A stretch of DNA of 64,000 nt, taken from Lama guanicoe (Eukaryota). The notes under the pieces are model-generated. The model worked only from the letters and a program-made list of their open reading frames with translations, made no database searches and was not told the origin of the DNA. The position numbers were made by a program, and so were the translations under genes. The stretch lies in the NCBI GenBank assembly GCA_013239625.1, contig MU054391.1, positions 5,787,824-5,851,823 of the forward strand, given 5' to 3'. This document shows positions 1 to 14,504 of this stretch, one piece after another. How positions within the stretch are numbered: position 1 is the stretch's first letter; every line of letters begins with the position of its first letter.

Positions 1-429
1 GTAAAAATAATTATTTAAAAAAATTTACTCTGTGTTTTTTCAGATAGTAATAGATCCAATTATTGCCACATGTTTAAATGACTGCAAGAATGACATATAA
101 TGTACAGAATCAAGAGAGTGTTATTGTAATAGCCAATGTGGCTTACACTTCTCAGAAGCCTAGTTTAAGCCTTTAGTTAATATTTGCATTGCCCTTCTAT
201 GAGCAGTGTGGTAAGAAGTCCCTGCAAGTATTATAGCCACATTTATTTCTGGTGATGTTTCAAGATTTCAGCCTGAAAAATTACATTCTCAATATTGTAT
301 CAAATCTAAACTGCCCCTCCTAAGTTTTTATAATTTGAAACCTAAGTTTTATAAATTAAGAGGGGAAATGAGATATGTTTACTTGCTTGGTTTATTTTTG
401 CTCTGAAACCATTCAAATACTAATTTTTA

Positions 430-3200
430 CTCATCCTATCATTTACTGAGAGAAGAGTATTGAAATCTCCAACTATGATAGCAAGCAACTTTTCTTTCAC
501 ATTCTATCAATTTTTGCTTCAGGTATTTTGTAGCACTATACTAGGTGCCTAATACTTAGAATATTTGTCTTCTTTATGAATTGACTCCTTTATCACTATG
601 TAATGTCCTTTTTTCCCCCCGATAATATTTCTTGTTCCAGTGTCTACCTTGTCTAATATTAAGATAGCCACTCTGATTCTTTTTTAAATTAATGTTTGTA
701 CACTGCATCTTTTTTCAGTCTTTTATTTTTAATTTATCTGTTTCTTAATATTTGAAGTGTATTTCTGGTTGGTAGTGTTAAATCTTGATTTTTTTAAAGC
801 TAGTCTGGTAATCTCTGCGTTTTAGACTCTTTAGACCATTTATATTTAATGTAACTATAATAATGTTAGGTTTAAATTTACCATCTTGCTATTATTTATC
901 CCATCTGATTTTTATTTCTTTTTTTTTCTTTTCCTACCTTTTTTGAATTAAGTTTTTTTTATAATTCCATTTTATCTCCACTATTGATTTATTAACTATA
1001 CCTCTAGTTTTTGAGAGGTTGTTCTGGAGTTTATAATATTCATCTTTAATGTATCACAGTCTACCTCAAATAGTATTATACCAGTACATGTACAGTGTAA
1101 GACCCTTACAACAATATACCTACTTCCAGTTCCCTTGTCCCATCCCTTAGTGTTAAACATTTTATTTTTACCTGTTAGATATTCCACAATGCATTGGGAT
1201 TATTTTTGCTTTAAAAAGTCATTTATCTTTTTAAGAAATAATGAAGAATCTGTAATTACTTTGGGTAATATGGACATTTTAATAGTATCAATTCTTACAA
1301 TCCATGAGTACAGAATGTATTTCCATATATTTATGTCTTCTTCAATTTCTTTCATCACTGTTTTACATTTTTCAGTGTACAGATCTTTAACCTTCTTGGT
1401 TAAATTTATTCCTAGATATTTTACCCTTTTGATGCAATTGTAAATGGGATTTTTAAAAAAAATTCTCTTTCTGATAGTTCATTGTTAGTGTATAGAAATG
1501 CAATAGATTTTCTTTTGTTGCGGGGAGGGGATTAGGTTTATTTATTTATTATTTTTAGTGGAGATACTGGGGATTGAACCCAGGACCTTGTGCATGGTAA
1601 GCATGCCCTCTACCAATGAGCTGTACCCTCCTCCCCGAAGCTGATTTTCATATATTGATTTTGTATCCTGCAATTTACTGAATTTGTTTATACTAACAGT
1701 TTTTTCTGGGTGGAGTCTTTAGGATTTCCTACATGTAATACCATGTCACCTGCAAATAGAGATAGTTTTACTTCTTTCTTTTTGATGTGGATGCCTTTTC
1801 TTTCTTTTTCCTGCCTAACTCTTCTGATTAGGACTTCCAGTACCACATGGAATTATATCCTTGTCTTATTCCTGATGTTAGAGGAAAAGCTTTTAACTTT
1901 TCACCATTGAGTATGATGTTAGATATGGGCTTGTCAAATGTAGGCCTTGCCTGATTTCTGATGAGAAGCCAGTCTGCTGTCATTCTTTTCTTTGTTATAC
2001 TCTATGTAATTTTTCTTTCTTTTCTTCTAGTTGCTTTTATTTTCCCTTCTAGTTGCTTTTTAAGATTTTTGCTTTATCACTTGTTTTTCATCAGTTGGAT
2101 TGTGATGTGCCTTGGCACGGTTCCTTCTGCCTTGGGGTTCATTGACCTTAGATCTGTGGGTGTATGGTTTTCATCAAATTTGGAAACTTTTTATTCTTCA
2201 TTTCTTCAAAAAATTTTTTCCTCTTCACCTTGATTTTTTTCTGGGATACCAGTTACATGTTAGACCACAGCTCACGAAGGCTTCTGTTCTCTCTCGTTTT
2301 TTCCCTCAGTGTGTCTTGTTTTGGATAGTTTCTAAGGCGATATCTTCAGATTCACTGAGCTTTACTTCTTGAGTGTCTAATACTGCTGTTAAACCCACCT
2401 GGTATGTTTTTCATTTCAGATTGTGTATTTTTCATTTCTAGAAGTTTCATGTTAGTCTTATTTTTTTTATTTCCCTCATTATGTTTTCTTTTACATCCTC
2501 AAGTTTATCGACAATGTGTATAATAGGTGTTTGAAGGTTCTTGTCTACTCTGTTATTTCTGGTCTGTTTCAGATGATTGGTTTATCTGCTGATTATGTGT
2601 CATGTTTTCCTGCTTCTTTGCATGCCTGGTGATTTTTATTGAATGTAGAATTTTATATTGTTGAATACTGGATTTTTATTCCGGTGTATGACTGGATAAC
2701 TTGGATGTCAGTTTGATCTTTTAAAACCTATTTTTAAGCTTTTTTTTTTAATGGCTGTTCCAGAGCCTTTATTCTGGGACTAATTTAGCTGCACTACTAA
2801 GGCATGTCCCTCAGAATTGTTTGGATTCGTTGGGAAAATCCAGTGATTTTTTTTCCCCCTCAGCGTTAGGTTTTTTCTTTGCAGATCTCCGGAATTCTCT
2901 CTCTGCAGCTTTATCCTCACTGGTACTTCACCTGCAAATTACAGACACCTCAGTTTCTAGGAACTGCAGCCTCTCCTTAACTCAGCAAGACCACTGGGCT
3001 CTGTTTCACTCCCTGTTCCCTACACACAGTTTGGAGACTGCCTCCGGGAGTAATCTGTGGCCACTTATTTCTCTTCTCAGGGAGTATAGTCCTGTGCTTC
3101 CTTTTGTCCAGTGCCTGAAACTGTTGTTTCATGCATTTTTTTCCTGTTCTATGTTTGTAGTAGGAAGTCAATTCCTGAAGTAGTTAATCCTTCATGGGCA
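430..3200 (-). mobile_element. Composite of degraded LINE-1 fragments (older L1M interrupted by an ORF2-region L1 piece at ~1245-1950)
   Basis: T-rich antisense L1-like text, e.g. ttgaaatctccaactatgata, gttaaatttattcctagatatttt, ccattgagtatgatgttag; boundaries approximate. Confidence 0.8.
1513..1636 (-). mobile_element. tRNA-derived SINE (camelid vic-1-like)
   Basis: Reverse complement GGGGAGGAGGGTACAGCTCATTGGTAGAG...GGTTCAATCCCCAGTATCTCCACTAAAAATAATAAAT: Pol III A and B boxes plus AT-rich tail; degenerate flanking duplication ending GATTTTC. Confidence 0.88.
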
Positions 3201-4034
3201 GAAACAGAAGTGTTCCAAATACTAATTTTTAGACATTTAGAAGTAGAATTGTTGTTTAGATGCTTTTTAGGTGAGTATTACCTAAACCATTCTTTCTTGA
3301 ATGCCTAAAAGTATCTTATTGCTCATTCATTCTTGGATTAAAAAAAATTATATTCATGAATATTATCTAATCTTTGCTTCAAAATTTTCTACAGTTATTG
3401 GAGGGTCATGGTTATAGGATTTTGTTCATACAAAATACTTGCCCTAATAATAATCTCTTTTGTTGACTATTTTTGTTATTTTTGAGTGAGGGGACAGAGG
3501 TAAAATAGGGGAGTGATTTCTTGTAGATTTTGATAGAAAGTATAAGCATAAAAATAATGAGATTATGTTTTGGTAACAATAACTATTACACATTGCCTTT
3601 TTCACTTGTATCTTAGCTTTTTTTAAAAAAGTGAACTTGTAATTTTAGAATAATTTTTGATTTATAGAAAAGTTACAAAAATAAAAATATATCCTTTACC
3701 CAGATTCAACTATTGTTATTAGTTTATCTCATTGTTTTATCATTTGTGCTAGTCTCTCTGCCTATCTGTCAGTCTGTCTATCCAATTCTATCTCTGAATC
3801 ATTGAGGGTAAGTTACATCTGTCATGGCCCCTAAGTATTTTAGTGTATATTTGTAAGAATAGCGATATTCTCTTATATAACTGCATTTTACTTACAAGCT
3901 TTTACTTTTCTTGGAGCTTCACAGTATAGATATGCCACTTAGTTAGGTTAGCTAACTAGTTCTCTGTTGATGGAGTTTTGTGTTTGGCATTAAAAGGCTA
4001 AAGAAGGCAGCTAAGTGATGAAAAAACAAAACAA

Positions 4035-4495
4035 ATCTAAATGTGTATCAACAGGAAAATGGATAACATGTGACATAATCAGACGTAGTATATTAGACAG
4101 CTATGAAAATGAATCACCGACAGCCACAAGCAGCACGAATGAATCTTAGAAACATTCTGTTGAGTATGAAAGGCAAAATTCAGAAAGCTATGTATAGTAT
4201 GGTACCATTTTTATAAAGTTCAAAAAGGAAGTTAAACTGAATATATTTTTATAGATATATTTGTGTGTATGATTAAACTATTTTTTAAAACACAATTTCA
4301 TGGTTAGCAAAATGCAGGATACTAGTTACCTCTGGAGGGGGAGGCAGAGAGGGAGGACTGCCAAAGGAGAACGTAGTAGACAGTGCTGGTAATGTTCCAG
4401 TTTTGAAGTTGGGCAGTGAATTCATGGGTGTTCATTTTAGGATCATGCTTCATAGCTTACAGATATGTTACATGTATTCTTTTGTATTTTTCAAG
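4035..4495 (+). mobile_element. Old L1 (L1ME-like) 3' end fragment
   Basis: aaatgtgtatcaacaggaaaatggataa...gaatcttagaaacattctgttgag...tagttacctctggagggg pattern. Confidence 0.7.
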
Positions 4496-7128
4496 ATTTT
4501 AAAGGAAGGTAGAGGAGGTTGTCTAAAGAATTTCTAAAACAGAAGTAAAAAGGCAGTATAAAATGCATGAGTGTGTTTGTATATTTCTTGCATCCCTAAC
4601 TGTTCTTTGAGAGTAGAAGTCATATGTAATATTTTTATTTTATCATCATCATAAGACTTAATATATAATTCCATATACATGGTAGGGACTGGGTGTTTAT
4701 TGATTAAGTGATTTGAAATAGCTGAGAAACAGAGTAAGTTTAAATACTTTATTTAAAGGAGATTTTAAATAGATCTGTTGGGGATTTTTTCCCACCTAAG
4801 TAGTAAACTTCCAGACGGCTTCTTATGTATTTATTACATAATATATCAGAAGGCTATTAAATAGTGGTTTTTTTGATTGAAAAAATAAAAAAGCATTCTA
4901 CTGATATTTTATGGTAAATGTGTAAGGGATGTAACTTCCGCTTATAAGCAAGGACATTTAAACATGCAAGTTACGAGTGTATCAGTATCACTCATGAAAT
5001 CCAGTGTGTGAGATAAATAACCTTACCAGTTAATTTGTACTGTTCACCAATATACTGAAACCAATAGTAAATTACCCCAGTCAGAAAATGTATGTTTGAG
5101 ACTCTATTGATGATACTTCTTTTAGGAGAATCGCACCTCATATTTGCTAAGTGAAACCAATGATTTCATGTGAATTTCCTGTGACTTAGTTTGATCCTGT
5201 GCCAGTACCCCCGCCCCTCAACCCCAGTACACAGCATGCTAAGCCCAGACCTCCCCTTACCTCTCCTTCCCAGGAGAAGAGAATGGAACCAAGTTCTGTA
5301 TCAGCCTAAAGAAAACTGAATCATGACAAAGGTTAGTCTGCTGTAAAAATAATCACAACCCTGCCAAGATCAAATAGAAATTATTTTGGGATTACCTCTT
5401 CTTCTGGATACCAGCGTTTAATCTACATTAGTATAGATATGTGAAATTTGAACATGGGTATGGCACAATCAGCAGAATATTTGAAGAAGAAACACATCTT
5501 AGGAAGGGAGGACTCAAATAGGTTTCTCCAGCTCTGACCCTGAGCCGAAACAAATTACTGTCTCCTGGTCAGTTGGTCATCAGTTCATAAATTTGTATTT
5601 GTCCCTAAGGTTTATGTTGGTCTATGCAGGTTAATGGCATGTTCCTAAAATGGTCTCATCTCCAGGACCAAGATATATATTTCACATAAAGTAGTGTGTT
5701 CAGCACAAACTTCCAGAGGATTAGACTTTGATCATAAAGTATTTTTTGTTACTACTGATAGATTTACAACCATTAAAATAACTCTAGCAGACTAAAATTA
5801 CGAGTTGAACTGTTCTGTGAATCATAATACATGTGGAATTCATTTTACCCTTCCTCCATAAATAATAAATTACAGTGCTCTGTCATTTCTTTTGACATAC
5901 TTTTATTCCTTATTAATTTTCCTTTGTAATAGAAAGTCTTGTTTTAAGTTTGGGTTAACACGTGCATGCAGCATTAGGTTTTTCTCAGCTGAATCTTTGC
6001 TTCAAAACAACAATAAGAATAAGTCAGGGTGAGGCACTGTATTCTTTTTTTTTTTAATAGCAAAGCAGGAAGTTCACCTCTGACAGGGTATTGTAATCAG
6101 GTTTATCACCAGAGCCTGCTGTTGTGTAACAGAAACTCTAGCTTGTCCTTACCTGTCTGAAGGCATTGCTTCATGAAGGAAAATAAACTCACTGGAATAT
6201 TTGTGAAATTCAATAAAATGCTTTCCCAAGCACTCTGTTTTTAATGCATGCTAGAACAATTTACTATAGCCTTGTGGTCTTTTAAAAAACATATTAACCT
6301 TGTGATTTCTTAGGATTGTAATTAAATGAATCTATCACTCTAGAAGCCCATGTGTCACATTTACTATGCCTTATAAACACGTGTGCAGCCATATCTAGTA
6401 ATAGTCCATGTTCCCTCCTTCCCCTCCCCCACTTCTTCAAGAAAAAGGGGGAAGGTTTGGGATGTCTTCAAACGACTGTTTATTTAATTGACAGGCAGCT
6501 TCTCATCATTGTACGCTTTGCCTTTGCTCACAAAAGTGCATTCACTATTCCATAGGATGTTGAAACTTTTAAATGGAAACAGCTTTTCATTAACAAAGGA
6601 AGCATTTTCCTCCCTCCTTCCATGTCTTAGCCTTCTCTGCTAAGTCTTGGCTTCTTCAGCAGCTGTGAACCTCCACCAGAAATGACAAAGGTGCAATTGT
6701 TCTAGGAGATGGTAGTGAAGATAATGCCTGTGGAGTTTGTGTGTGTGGGCTGCTGGGGACTGTTTTTCTTCTGTGTTTGGTTTTGTTTTGCTTTTGCTAT
6801 TCCAGAAAGTTGAGCACACCTTAAAAACAAACCAAAGTGGATGAGGGGGAAGCTTTAAAGATCCTTAAACCTTTACCCTGTGTGAACAATTTCTTTCCAT
6901 TAAAGTGTTGCGTTAGTATTTAAGCGGGCCCCTCTGTCCCAAAAGCAATAAATCTGACAAAACTCGCTTGAAACATAGGGAATGGAATACAGAGTACAGA
7001 GCGTATTGATGTGGTTTGTTTCTTCTTTGAAGCAAGCTGGGAGAGTTTGTCTTCTTGCCATCACCCTGACTTAAGAGCAAAGCTCAGGAGAGGAGACAGG
7101 TGCACAGATTAAGTTTCAGTGTTTCCAA

Positions 7129-7302
7129 TAAACAAGTTTCTTCTGTACAGCACAGGGAACTATATTCAATATCTTATAGTAACCCATAATGAAAAAGAAT
7201 ATGAAAATGAATATATATATGTTCATGTATTACTGAAACTATTATGCTGTACACCAGAAATTGACACAACATTGTAAACTGACTATGCTTCGATTAAAAA
7301 AA
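7129..7302 (+). mobile_element. 5'-truncated L1 3' tail with target-site duplication
   Basis: ctgtacagcacagggaactatattcaatatctt...cattgtaaactgactat + A tail; TSD AAGTTTCAGTGTTTCCAA (7111-7128) vs AAGTTTTAGTATTTCCAA (7303-7320). Confidence 0.88.
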
Positions 7303-8534
7303 AAGTTTTAGTATTTCCAACCATCTCCTTTTTCTGAATTGTGATTCCTAACTGCTGGTAGATGGCCGTTTCATTTTCTTTACTTATTTAAAGACAACTT
7401 CCTCCTTTTTCTGCCTCTGCCTGTACTGCTGCTTTATTTTTGAGACAAGTTTCTGAAGCATGGTGCTCATTCGAAGCATCATTTACTTCTAGCAAAAATC
7501 TCTCAGTTCATCTGGTAGAATAAACTGAAAATCTGTTCTTTTTCAGGGACACCATCTCAAAATGAAGTAACAAATAATCAAATTGCTGTTTGAACCAAAG
7601 TTGGGCATAGACACACTCGTCTCTGTTACAGATACAGTTTGTTCTGCCAGTGACTTAACAGACAGTAGGGCTACTTCTATCTCTTCAGCCTTGATTTTCT
7701 TTACTTTTATGTATTTTAAACCCACAGACCAATTTCTAAACAGTTAATAAGTTATATACATATTATTCTACCATGGTCCTTGACAGTGTTTCTAAATCCA
7801 CTCAAGAATTAATCATTTCGTCATCCCTCACTAGACTCAGCAAGAAGTGATAAAGAGGAAACTGGAAATTCATTCCGAAGTACATCTGCAGTATTTTGAA
7901 TGTGGATCAACAGCATTCTGATCTTCTCTCTCTGAATGAGTAAAAAGAAAAGATGTAATGCTGGTTCAGCCAAACCCACTGAGTGGCACTCTGCCATGAT
8001 GATTCATTTGGCCTTGGAGCAATCTTACACCTTTTGTGAAACTAGGTCCCTGTTGGTTGAAGGAAGAAAAAGACTTCTCCAGAGCTGTCAGTCACTTTTT
8101 AAGCACCTCCAAATTTAATACACTGATTCTTCAAACTTTACTCCAGATTTTTCACCATCTTAGGCCACATGAGCTCTTGGGATTGTTTGTGCAATCTTTG
8201 TTAGAATAATAATCAGGTTTGAAATCTACCTGAGGGAAATTAAGGCGAATGTAATGATAACAGCTGTTCTCAGTTTCCCTCACTCCCACTCCTTTCCAGA
8301 ATTACTGCTGCCAGATGGCATGAATAGAAACCAGCTGATGTTTTCTTTTGTTCCTGGCTTCCCATAGCATCTTGCCCATCACTGAATTTGTGGGTGAACT
8401 TCTCTTGTCAAGCATGTGAAGTAAAACCATCTGAGAGTCTCTTCCAGGCTACAAGAAAAATGAGATCGAGAGCCATTTCATTTTATTTCAATTTAATTTA
8501 TTTTTGCACAAGAATATTTTGGAGAGCTTGTTTA

Positions 8535-8640
8535 TTTACAGATTCTTAGACCTAATGTCAGGGATGGATTCAGTAAGTCTGGTGTGGGATCTAGGAAAAT
8601 GCATTTTTAACAGGCATCTTGCAAGTGATTTTGACAGAAA
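8535..8640. mobile_element. MER5-like hAT-Charlie DNA transposon relic
   Basis: gattcagtaagtctggtgtgggatctaggaaaatgcatttttaacaggcatcttgcaagtgattttga resembles the MER5 core. Confidence 0.55.
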
Positions 8641-10454
8641 TAGTATTTGAGTGGTTACAGACTAGTCTCATCATCTCTGCCTCTGTCTGTCTGTCTTTTA
8701 TTATGCCATCCTGTCCCACAAAAAAAAAAATGAGATAAAATTAATTAGCAGATAACCAAAGGACCAGTATAAAATAAAATACTACTGTACCTTACTAAAC
8801 ATGCAAAGTTTTAAACAGTGTTCAGGAAGCCCCCTTATTCTACTTAATACATCAGAGAGTCCCCTCACCAAATGAAAATACAGGACAAATATCCAGCAGC
8901 TTCTATGAGACCCTTTTCTTGGGGGTGTTCCTTACATGAATGCATTTTCTAAAAGTCAGAATAAGACTATTCTAACATAGTCATTAAATGTTTACTGTAA
9001 TTATTATATGATAGTTATCTATGGTTTAGAGTCTTGTCCACATTAGAACCTGAATCCCCTCTCTGGGCTATGGACAATATGACAGAAACAAAAATGTGAC
9101 ACTGACCATATTCTCTAAAACAGTGTACTCCCAGCCTTCTCCCCAAGGTCAGATGCTTTGTTGAGCTAGTGGTGCAGGCCCCCCAGAGTGGCCTTGCTCA
9201 GTTGAAATGGGAGCCATCGTATAGGGAGGGTAGTCCATGGCCAAGCCCTGTAGGGCCACCACTTCAAGTGATGTTGGAGGCAGAAAGTAGTGGATGCCAG
9301 TGTGGATGTTTTGAAATTATATTAAATCGTTTTAGCTCACTAGACTCCTTTTCATTAATGACCTTACAGTTACTTGGCATGAACTTATCATCCATTAAAA
9401 TTGTTTTTTTGAGATGATTATTTTTCAAAGGGGAATATTCACTCCTCTAGTGTTTGTTTGCAGATTAAAATACTTAATTTCATCTCCTACTGGTATTATT
9501 TAAAAGGACTAAGGTTGCCATAAATCTTGTCAGTAATGTTAAAATTATTTTAACTTGAAAAGATGCTTCAAAATCTGTGCAAAATGCAGCAGAGGTCTAA
9601 CTGAATTTATTTTATAAAGAAAAAAGACAGCTTTTCCCAAAGGTCACTGAGAATTTATGCTTTCCTTTTTTCTCTTTTACATTCACAGAGTAGAATACAA
9701 TTAATAGTACTTTAGTATACAAGTAGAATTACTCCGTCTCAATATTTAACAAAAAGACTTAAAAGGCCTCATTGCTACTTTGGGTTGAAATTTACTTTGT
9801 ATTCTTCAGCTACAGGTTAATCATGTGTTAATGATAATGAGCTGAAAACCTTTTTTTCTAATAAAACTCAAGAGTTTAGACATTGAAATAGTGGTATCAA
9901 AATAAACATAATACCATGAAGACTGTAACTTCACACAAAGTAAAATCAAGCATAGTTGTAAATTCTAGAAATTGACAGATTTCTATGAGCATACTCCTGT
10001 ACCATTATAAAGTATTTCCTTATGCTTTATAATCGCATATGAGCTGAATGTACCAAAGTAAAATTTAACAGAGAAATATTCATTCCTTCAGTTAGCTCCC
10101 AAACAGCTTCACACATTTAGAAGCTGGCAAGACATGACTTATGGTGTTATTGGCTCAAATTGGGAAGCAGGTTTTCACTTAGAATAAGAAAGAACTTTTT
10201 AATGATTAAACCCATTAGAAGTGGAATAGACTCCCTTCAGGGAAGGTATTGAGTTCCCTTCATTGGAGATTTACAAGATGGGTTAGACATCTATGTGCTG
10301 GAGATTTTGTAAAGTTAGACCATATACTTCTAAGGGTCTTTCCAACTCTGAATTTGCTAACTAGATTATTTCTCCTACAAGGTGATGTATGAAGTGATTC
10401 TGTTATACAAAATAGTTGACTCAACTGATATTCTTTCCTTTCTTATCACTTAAA

Positions 10455-11040
10455 AACTTGTTTTATTGAGGTAAACTAGACATACAGGAAAGTGAACAAA
10501 TCACAAATGAACAAAAGCTGATGAATTTTTATAACCTGAATCACCCCTGGATCAAGAAACAACATTGCTAGCACCCCAGAAGCTGCACCCTTGTGCTCAC
10601 TTCCAGTCCTTACCTCGCCCACCCAAGAGTAGTCACTCTCCTGACTTCTAACTGCATAGAAGCTGGGTGCTGAATTGCTGACTTTTGTAGTTTAAATATG
10701 TGGAATCATTCTCTTTTGCATCTGGCTTCTGCTAGTGTTATGTTTGGAAGATTCATTCATATTGTCGCATGTAGAACATTCATTTCTTTGCTGTATAGTG
10801 TTCCACTGTGAGACTGTATCAAAATTTACTTGATATTTACTCTATCAAGTCTATTGTTGATGGCATTTGGATAGTTTCTAGCTTGGGGCTTTTACAGATA
10901 GTGTTGTTGTGAACATTCTAGTGCATGTCTCTTCGTAGACATGCACACACATTTCCATGAGGCATATGGAGCTAGAATTGCTTTGTCATAGGATGTGTAC
11001 GTGCTCAACTTTAATAAATACTGCCAAACAGGTTTGCAAG
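10455..11040 (-). mobile_element. Old L1 (L1ME-like) 3' fragment
   Basis: ttttattgaggtaaact...gattcattcatattgtcgcatg...ctattgttgatggcatttggatagtttc. Confidence 0.75.
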
Positions 11041-11956
11041 ATATTTATATGCAGGCCCAATTTTAATGGGGTCTTAACCATATTGGAAATGTGAGTTTTT
11101 CTGAAGTTTCATAAGCCTTTAAAAAAAAATCTTGCTTGTGGCCCTCGATAACCTTCTGTCTTATACTGGGATTATTTTTGTACACCTTATCTCCCTTTCT
11201 AGATCATAAACTCCTTGAACAGATGGTTTTATTCATCTTTTTATTTCCCGAAGTACCTTGCATAGACTAGACTCTAAATTTAATATTTTTCTGTGAATGG
11301 GAGAGTAAGTGAAAAATTATATGTAGTATTAATATGAAGAATGTTTAGAAGTTGCAAAAGTATAAATAGCATGTTACCTGTTAAACTACAAGGGTGATCT
11401 TAAAGTGAACAGAATTTATTTATTAGTATTAGCTCATAGATTTTCCTAAATTCTGTGAGTCTCTTATGTGCTATTATGCGGGGAAGTAGGAGGTTGAATT
11501 GCATGTCTTTAACTATTAGGCTTAAACCCTGGTGTTGTCTCCCCCATAGACGCACGTGAGTATTATGTAACAGTGAGTCAGAACTGTTAGCTGTGAATTG
11601 GAGGACTGGTGAGGGGATGCCTGCAAAGAAGGATGAGAGGGAGTGAGTCCAACAGCAGTGTAACTGCAGTTGGGTTGCAGCTTTGCCCCGTCCCCAGATT
11701 CTTCTGTGAGTGGCAGGATGAAGCCAGTAAGAGTTTTATGAGCGAGACAGAACTGTAGTGGCTGGTAATTTAGCATCGTTGCTGTTTAAAACTGCTCAGT
11801 GAGGATATTTCGGATTTATGGGTGTTTCCCCTTAATGCTTTTCTTTACGTTCCAAATTTTATCCAATGAATACATACTACTTTTAAAATCAGAAAGTATT
11901 TAAAAAAATAATTTATGTTGCAAAAATTGCTACCTTGACTCTCTCTTTCATTTCAG

Positions 11957-12104
11957 TCTTGGCCTAACTATGAGGATATCTATAAAAAAGTCATTGAAGT
12001 TGCCACATTTTTAGATTTGCCACGTTTTCCAGATATTACTGAAGACTGCTATCTTCATCCAAACATCTTGTGTATGAAATACTTGATGGAAGTCAATCTC
12101 CCTG
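11957..12104 (+). CDS. TAF1B: TAF1B internal coding exon (probably exon 9), 148 nt
   Basis: tttcag| acceptor and |gtaagt donor; translates [49 protein letters not shown](D), matching recalled mammalian TAF1B. Confidence 0.95.
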
Positions 12105-14504
12105 GTAAGTGTGTGGTGTGTATGGTGAGGAAGCTTCTACTCACTAGAATTGTAATGAACAATGTATAGAATCCTCTCAAATCACAGGTTATTAAAGCTT
12201 TGTGACAGGGTCCATAGTAACATGGAACTTCATTTCAGCATCCTTTCTTAAAATATTTCGGACCATTTAAAATGGTTAAAATATAATACTATTTCCAGTC
12301 TGTAAAACAAATGGAAATCAAAGTCTGGTAGGATGAAACACAAAATGTGAAGAAAGCCTCACTAGACCTGGTTCACAGTTTACCGAGACACAGGTAACCC
12401 CAATGGAATCTGCCGATGGAATCCATTCCTGAATTTCCTGCCAAACTAGAAATGTGAGAAATTCAGGACTTCTATTCTTAACAGAAAACACAAACGTGGT
12501 ATGACTATATTGTTGCTTAAGCAATATAAAAAATGTGATTGAATGTGTTTTAATAAAAAAGACATGTTATATGAAAAAAAGCAATACACAAAACTGTATG
12601 TATAGTATATTTTAACTATAAAAATAAACACAAATATGTAGTAACATATATACACAAATATAAATATTAAGTCTGTAATTTAAAGTATTTTTTAAAAAGG
12701 AAAAATAATTTAAAATTTTCAGATGTATCATTTATTACACTAAGACATGTATGTCTCTTGTTGAGGTTTCAGAAGTCACTAGCTATTTGATTAAGATTCC
12801 AGAATGTGGAAAGTCTGATTTCTACATTTTGTCATGTTGTGTAGATCAGAATGACTATTTTGGATTTTGTTTTTTTTATTTATTTCTTTGATGGTTCTTT
12901 CAAAATATGGAAAGTTCCTGTGTTCTCTCATATATTCCAACATCTTGAGCTTTTAGAGGGAATACTAGGTTATGGAAGAAACACAAGGAATTACCAAGAT
13001 GTGAGTGACACAGGCTGGGTTATGGCAGGGATCAAGCTCACGTAGTTGCTGTTGAACAGAGATGAGGGTGGCAGGATTTTCTGGCCAGTGTGTGTAATTT
13101 ACTAGTATTTCTTCTCTAACTCTTCTGAGAGCAACAAATGAACTAAAACCATTCTAATGTGCAGAGAGACACTACTGTCATCTGATATTTTTAAGTGCCT
13201 TTTAAAGACAGTATTAAAAAGAATCAGGATAGAGAAATTTAACTTCTCACAAACTTTCTAGAAATAATTTGAAATATAAAAAAAATTATACATAAATATT
13301 ATCGACCTCCTTTAACTTAAATATCTAACAGAAAGATAATGGTTAAGTAAATGGATTATGTATATTCAGAGGAACATTATGCAGCTTTTAAGATCATGTT
13401 TGTGAAGAGTACATAAAAGCATGAAAAATGTTTATGTTACAATAAAAAATGAAATAGGCCAAACTACAAAATTATATACAATATAATCATAATTATGTAA
13501 AATGAAAATGTTCAATAAATATTAGAAATAAATATAACAAAATATTAGAGTGCTATTTCTGAGTTACGGTAATGCATTTTTTCTTTTCTTCTACCTTTAT
13601 GTATCTTATAAATGTCCTATATTGAGTTTGTATTACTCGATAGTGAGGAGGAAATGATAAACAAAATAGATCTACAAACTAAGATGTGATAGTCCCTGTA
13701 CCTTAGGATTTAGATTCCAAAATGTGACATTGATTTGCAAACCACCTGTTTAAATTATAAGAAAACTTCTAGGATATCATCATTTTCAGAATCTTATATT
13801 TGCTCTCTACCATCAGTTCTATAGTGCTGTTGATTAAGAAGGAGACCTGTGTATTTGGCCCTTTTGCAAAGAGTTTTTAGGGTTCCCAGAAAGCTAAAAG
13901 TGGTTTTAAGCATGCTAGGGCAACAGATGCCCCTCCTCAGTGCCTTTATGCATTACAATGTCATCTCTGGAGCTAGGTAGAAAGGGTTCAGCAGGCATGT
14001 CACACACACCCTTGCTGAGTAAGCACTGCCACTTTGATGGCTTTGAACGAGCTCCAAACACATTTCTTGGTCTTTCCTTTGTACTTGGACTGACAAACCT
14101 GCCAGAGAGAATTTCTGGCTGCTTTCACAATCATATATATAATTTGTGTGGAACTTTGTGAAGTTTCCAGAGTGCCTCCATCTTTATTACCTCATTCGTG
14201 AAGGTGGGATGGGAGGGCAGGGGGGTACTCTCATTTACAGATGAGACATAGCCAGGCATGGTGACGCCTCGCTGGTAGATGGCTGACCACATACTTCAAC
14301 CCAGTCTTCCCATCCCAGAGCTAGCGTTCTTCCTACAGAAGGCTTCAGATCAAGACTCTGTACTTCTCTGTGCCCCTGCTTCCTTCCTTATAATTTCTTC
14401 ATTGGCTTTGTTGTTACTCTGTACTTTTGGTATAAAAGAAGCAGTGCAAGATATTAATTTTAAATAAATAGAAAAGACATTTTTAAAGAAATGCCATTCT
14501 ATAA

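Noticed and set aside
7400..8120. Possible decayed coding sequence or pseudogene on the - strand
   Set aside because: No recognisable homology by eye; a translated search (tBLASTx/Dfam) would be needed
10921..10946. Perfect 10-bp hairpin GTGCATGTCT-6nt-AGACATGCAC (p53-like half-sites)
   Set aside because: Short, inside an old L1 relic, and the 6-nt spacer is unfavourable; compatible with chance
1..11956. Additional upstream TAF1B exon
   Set aside because: Acceptor-like sites (~43, ~7546) do not lead into TAF1B-like peptide; the region is treated as one long intron
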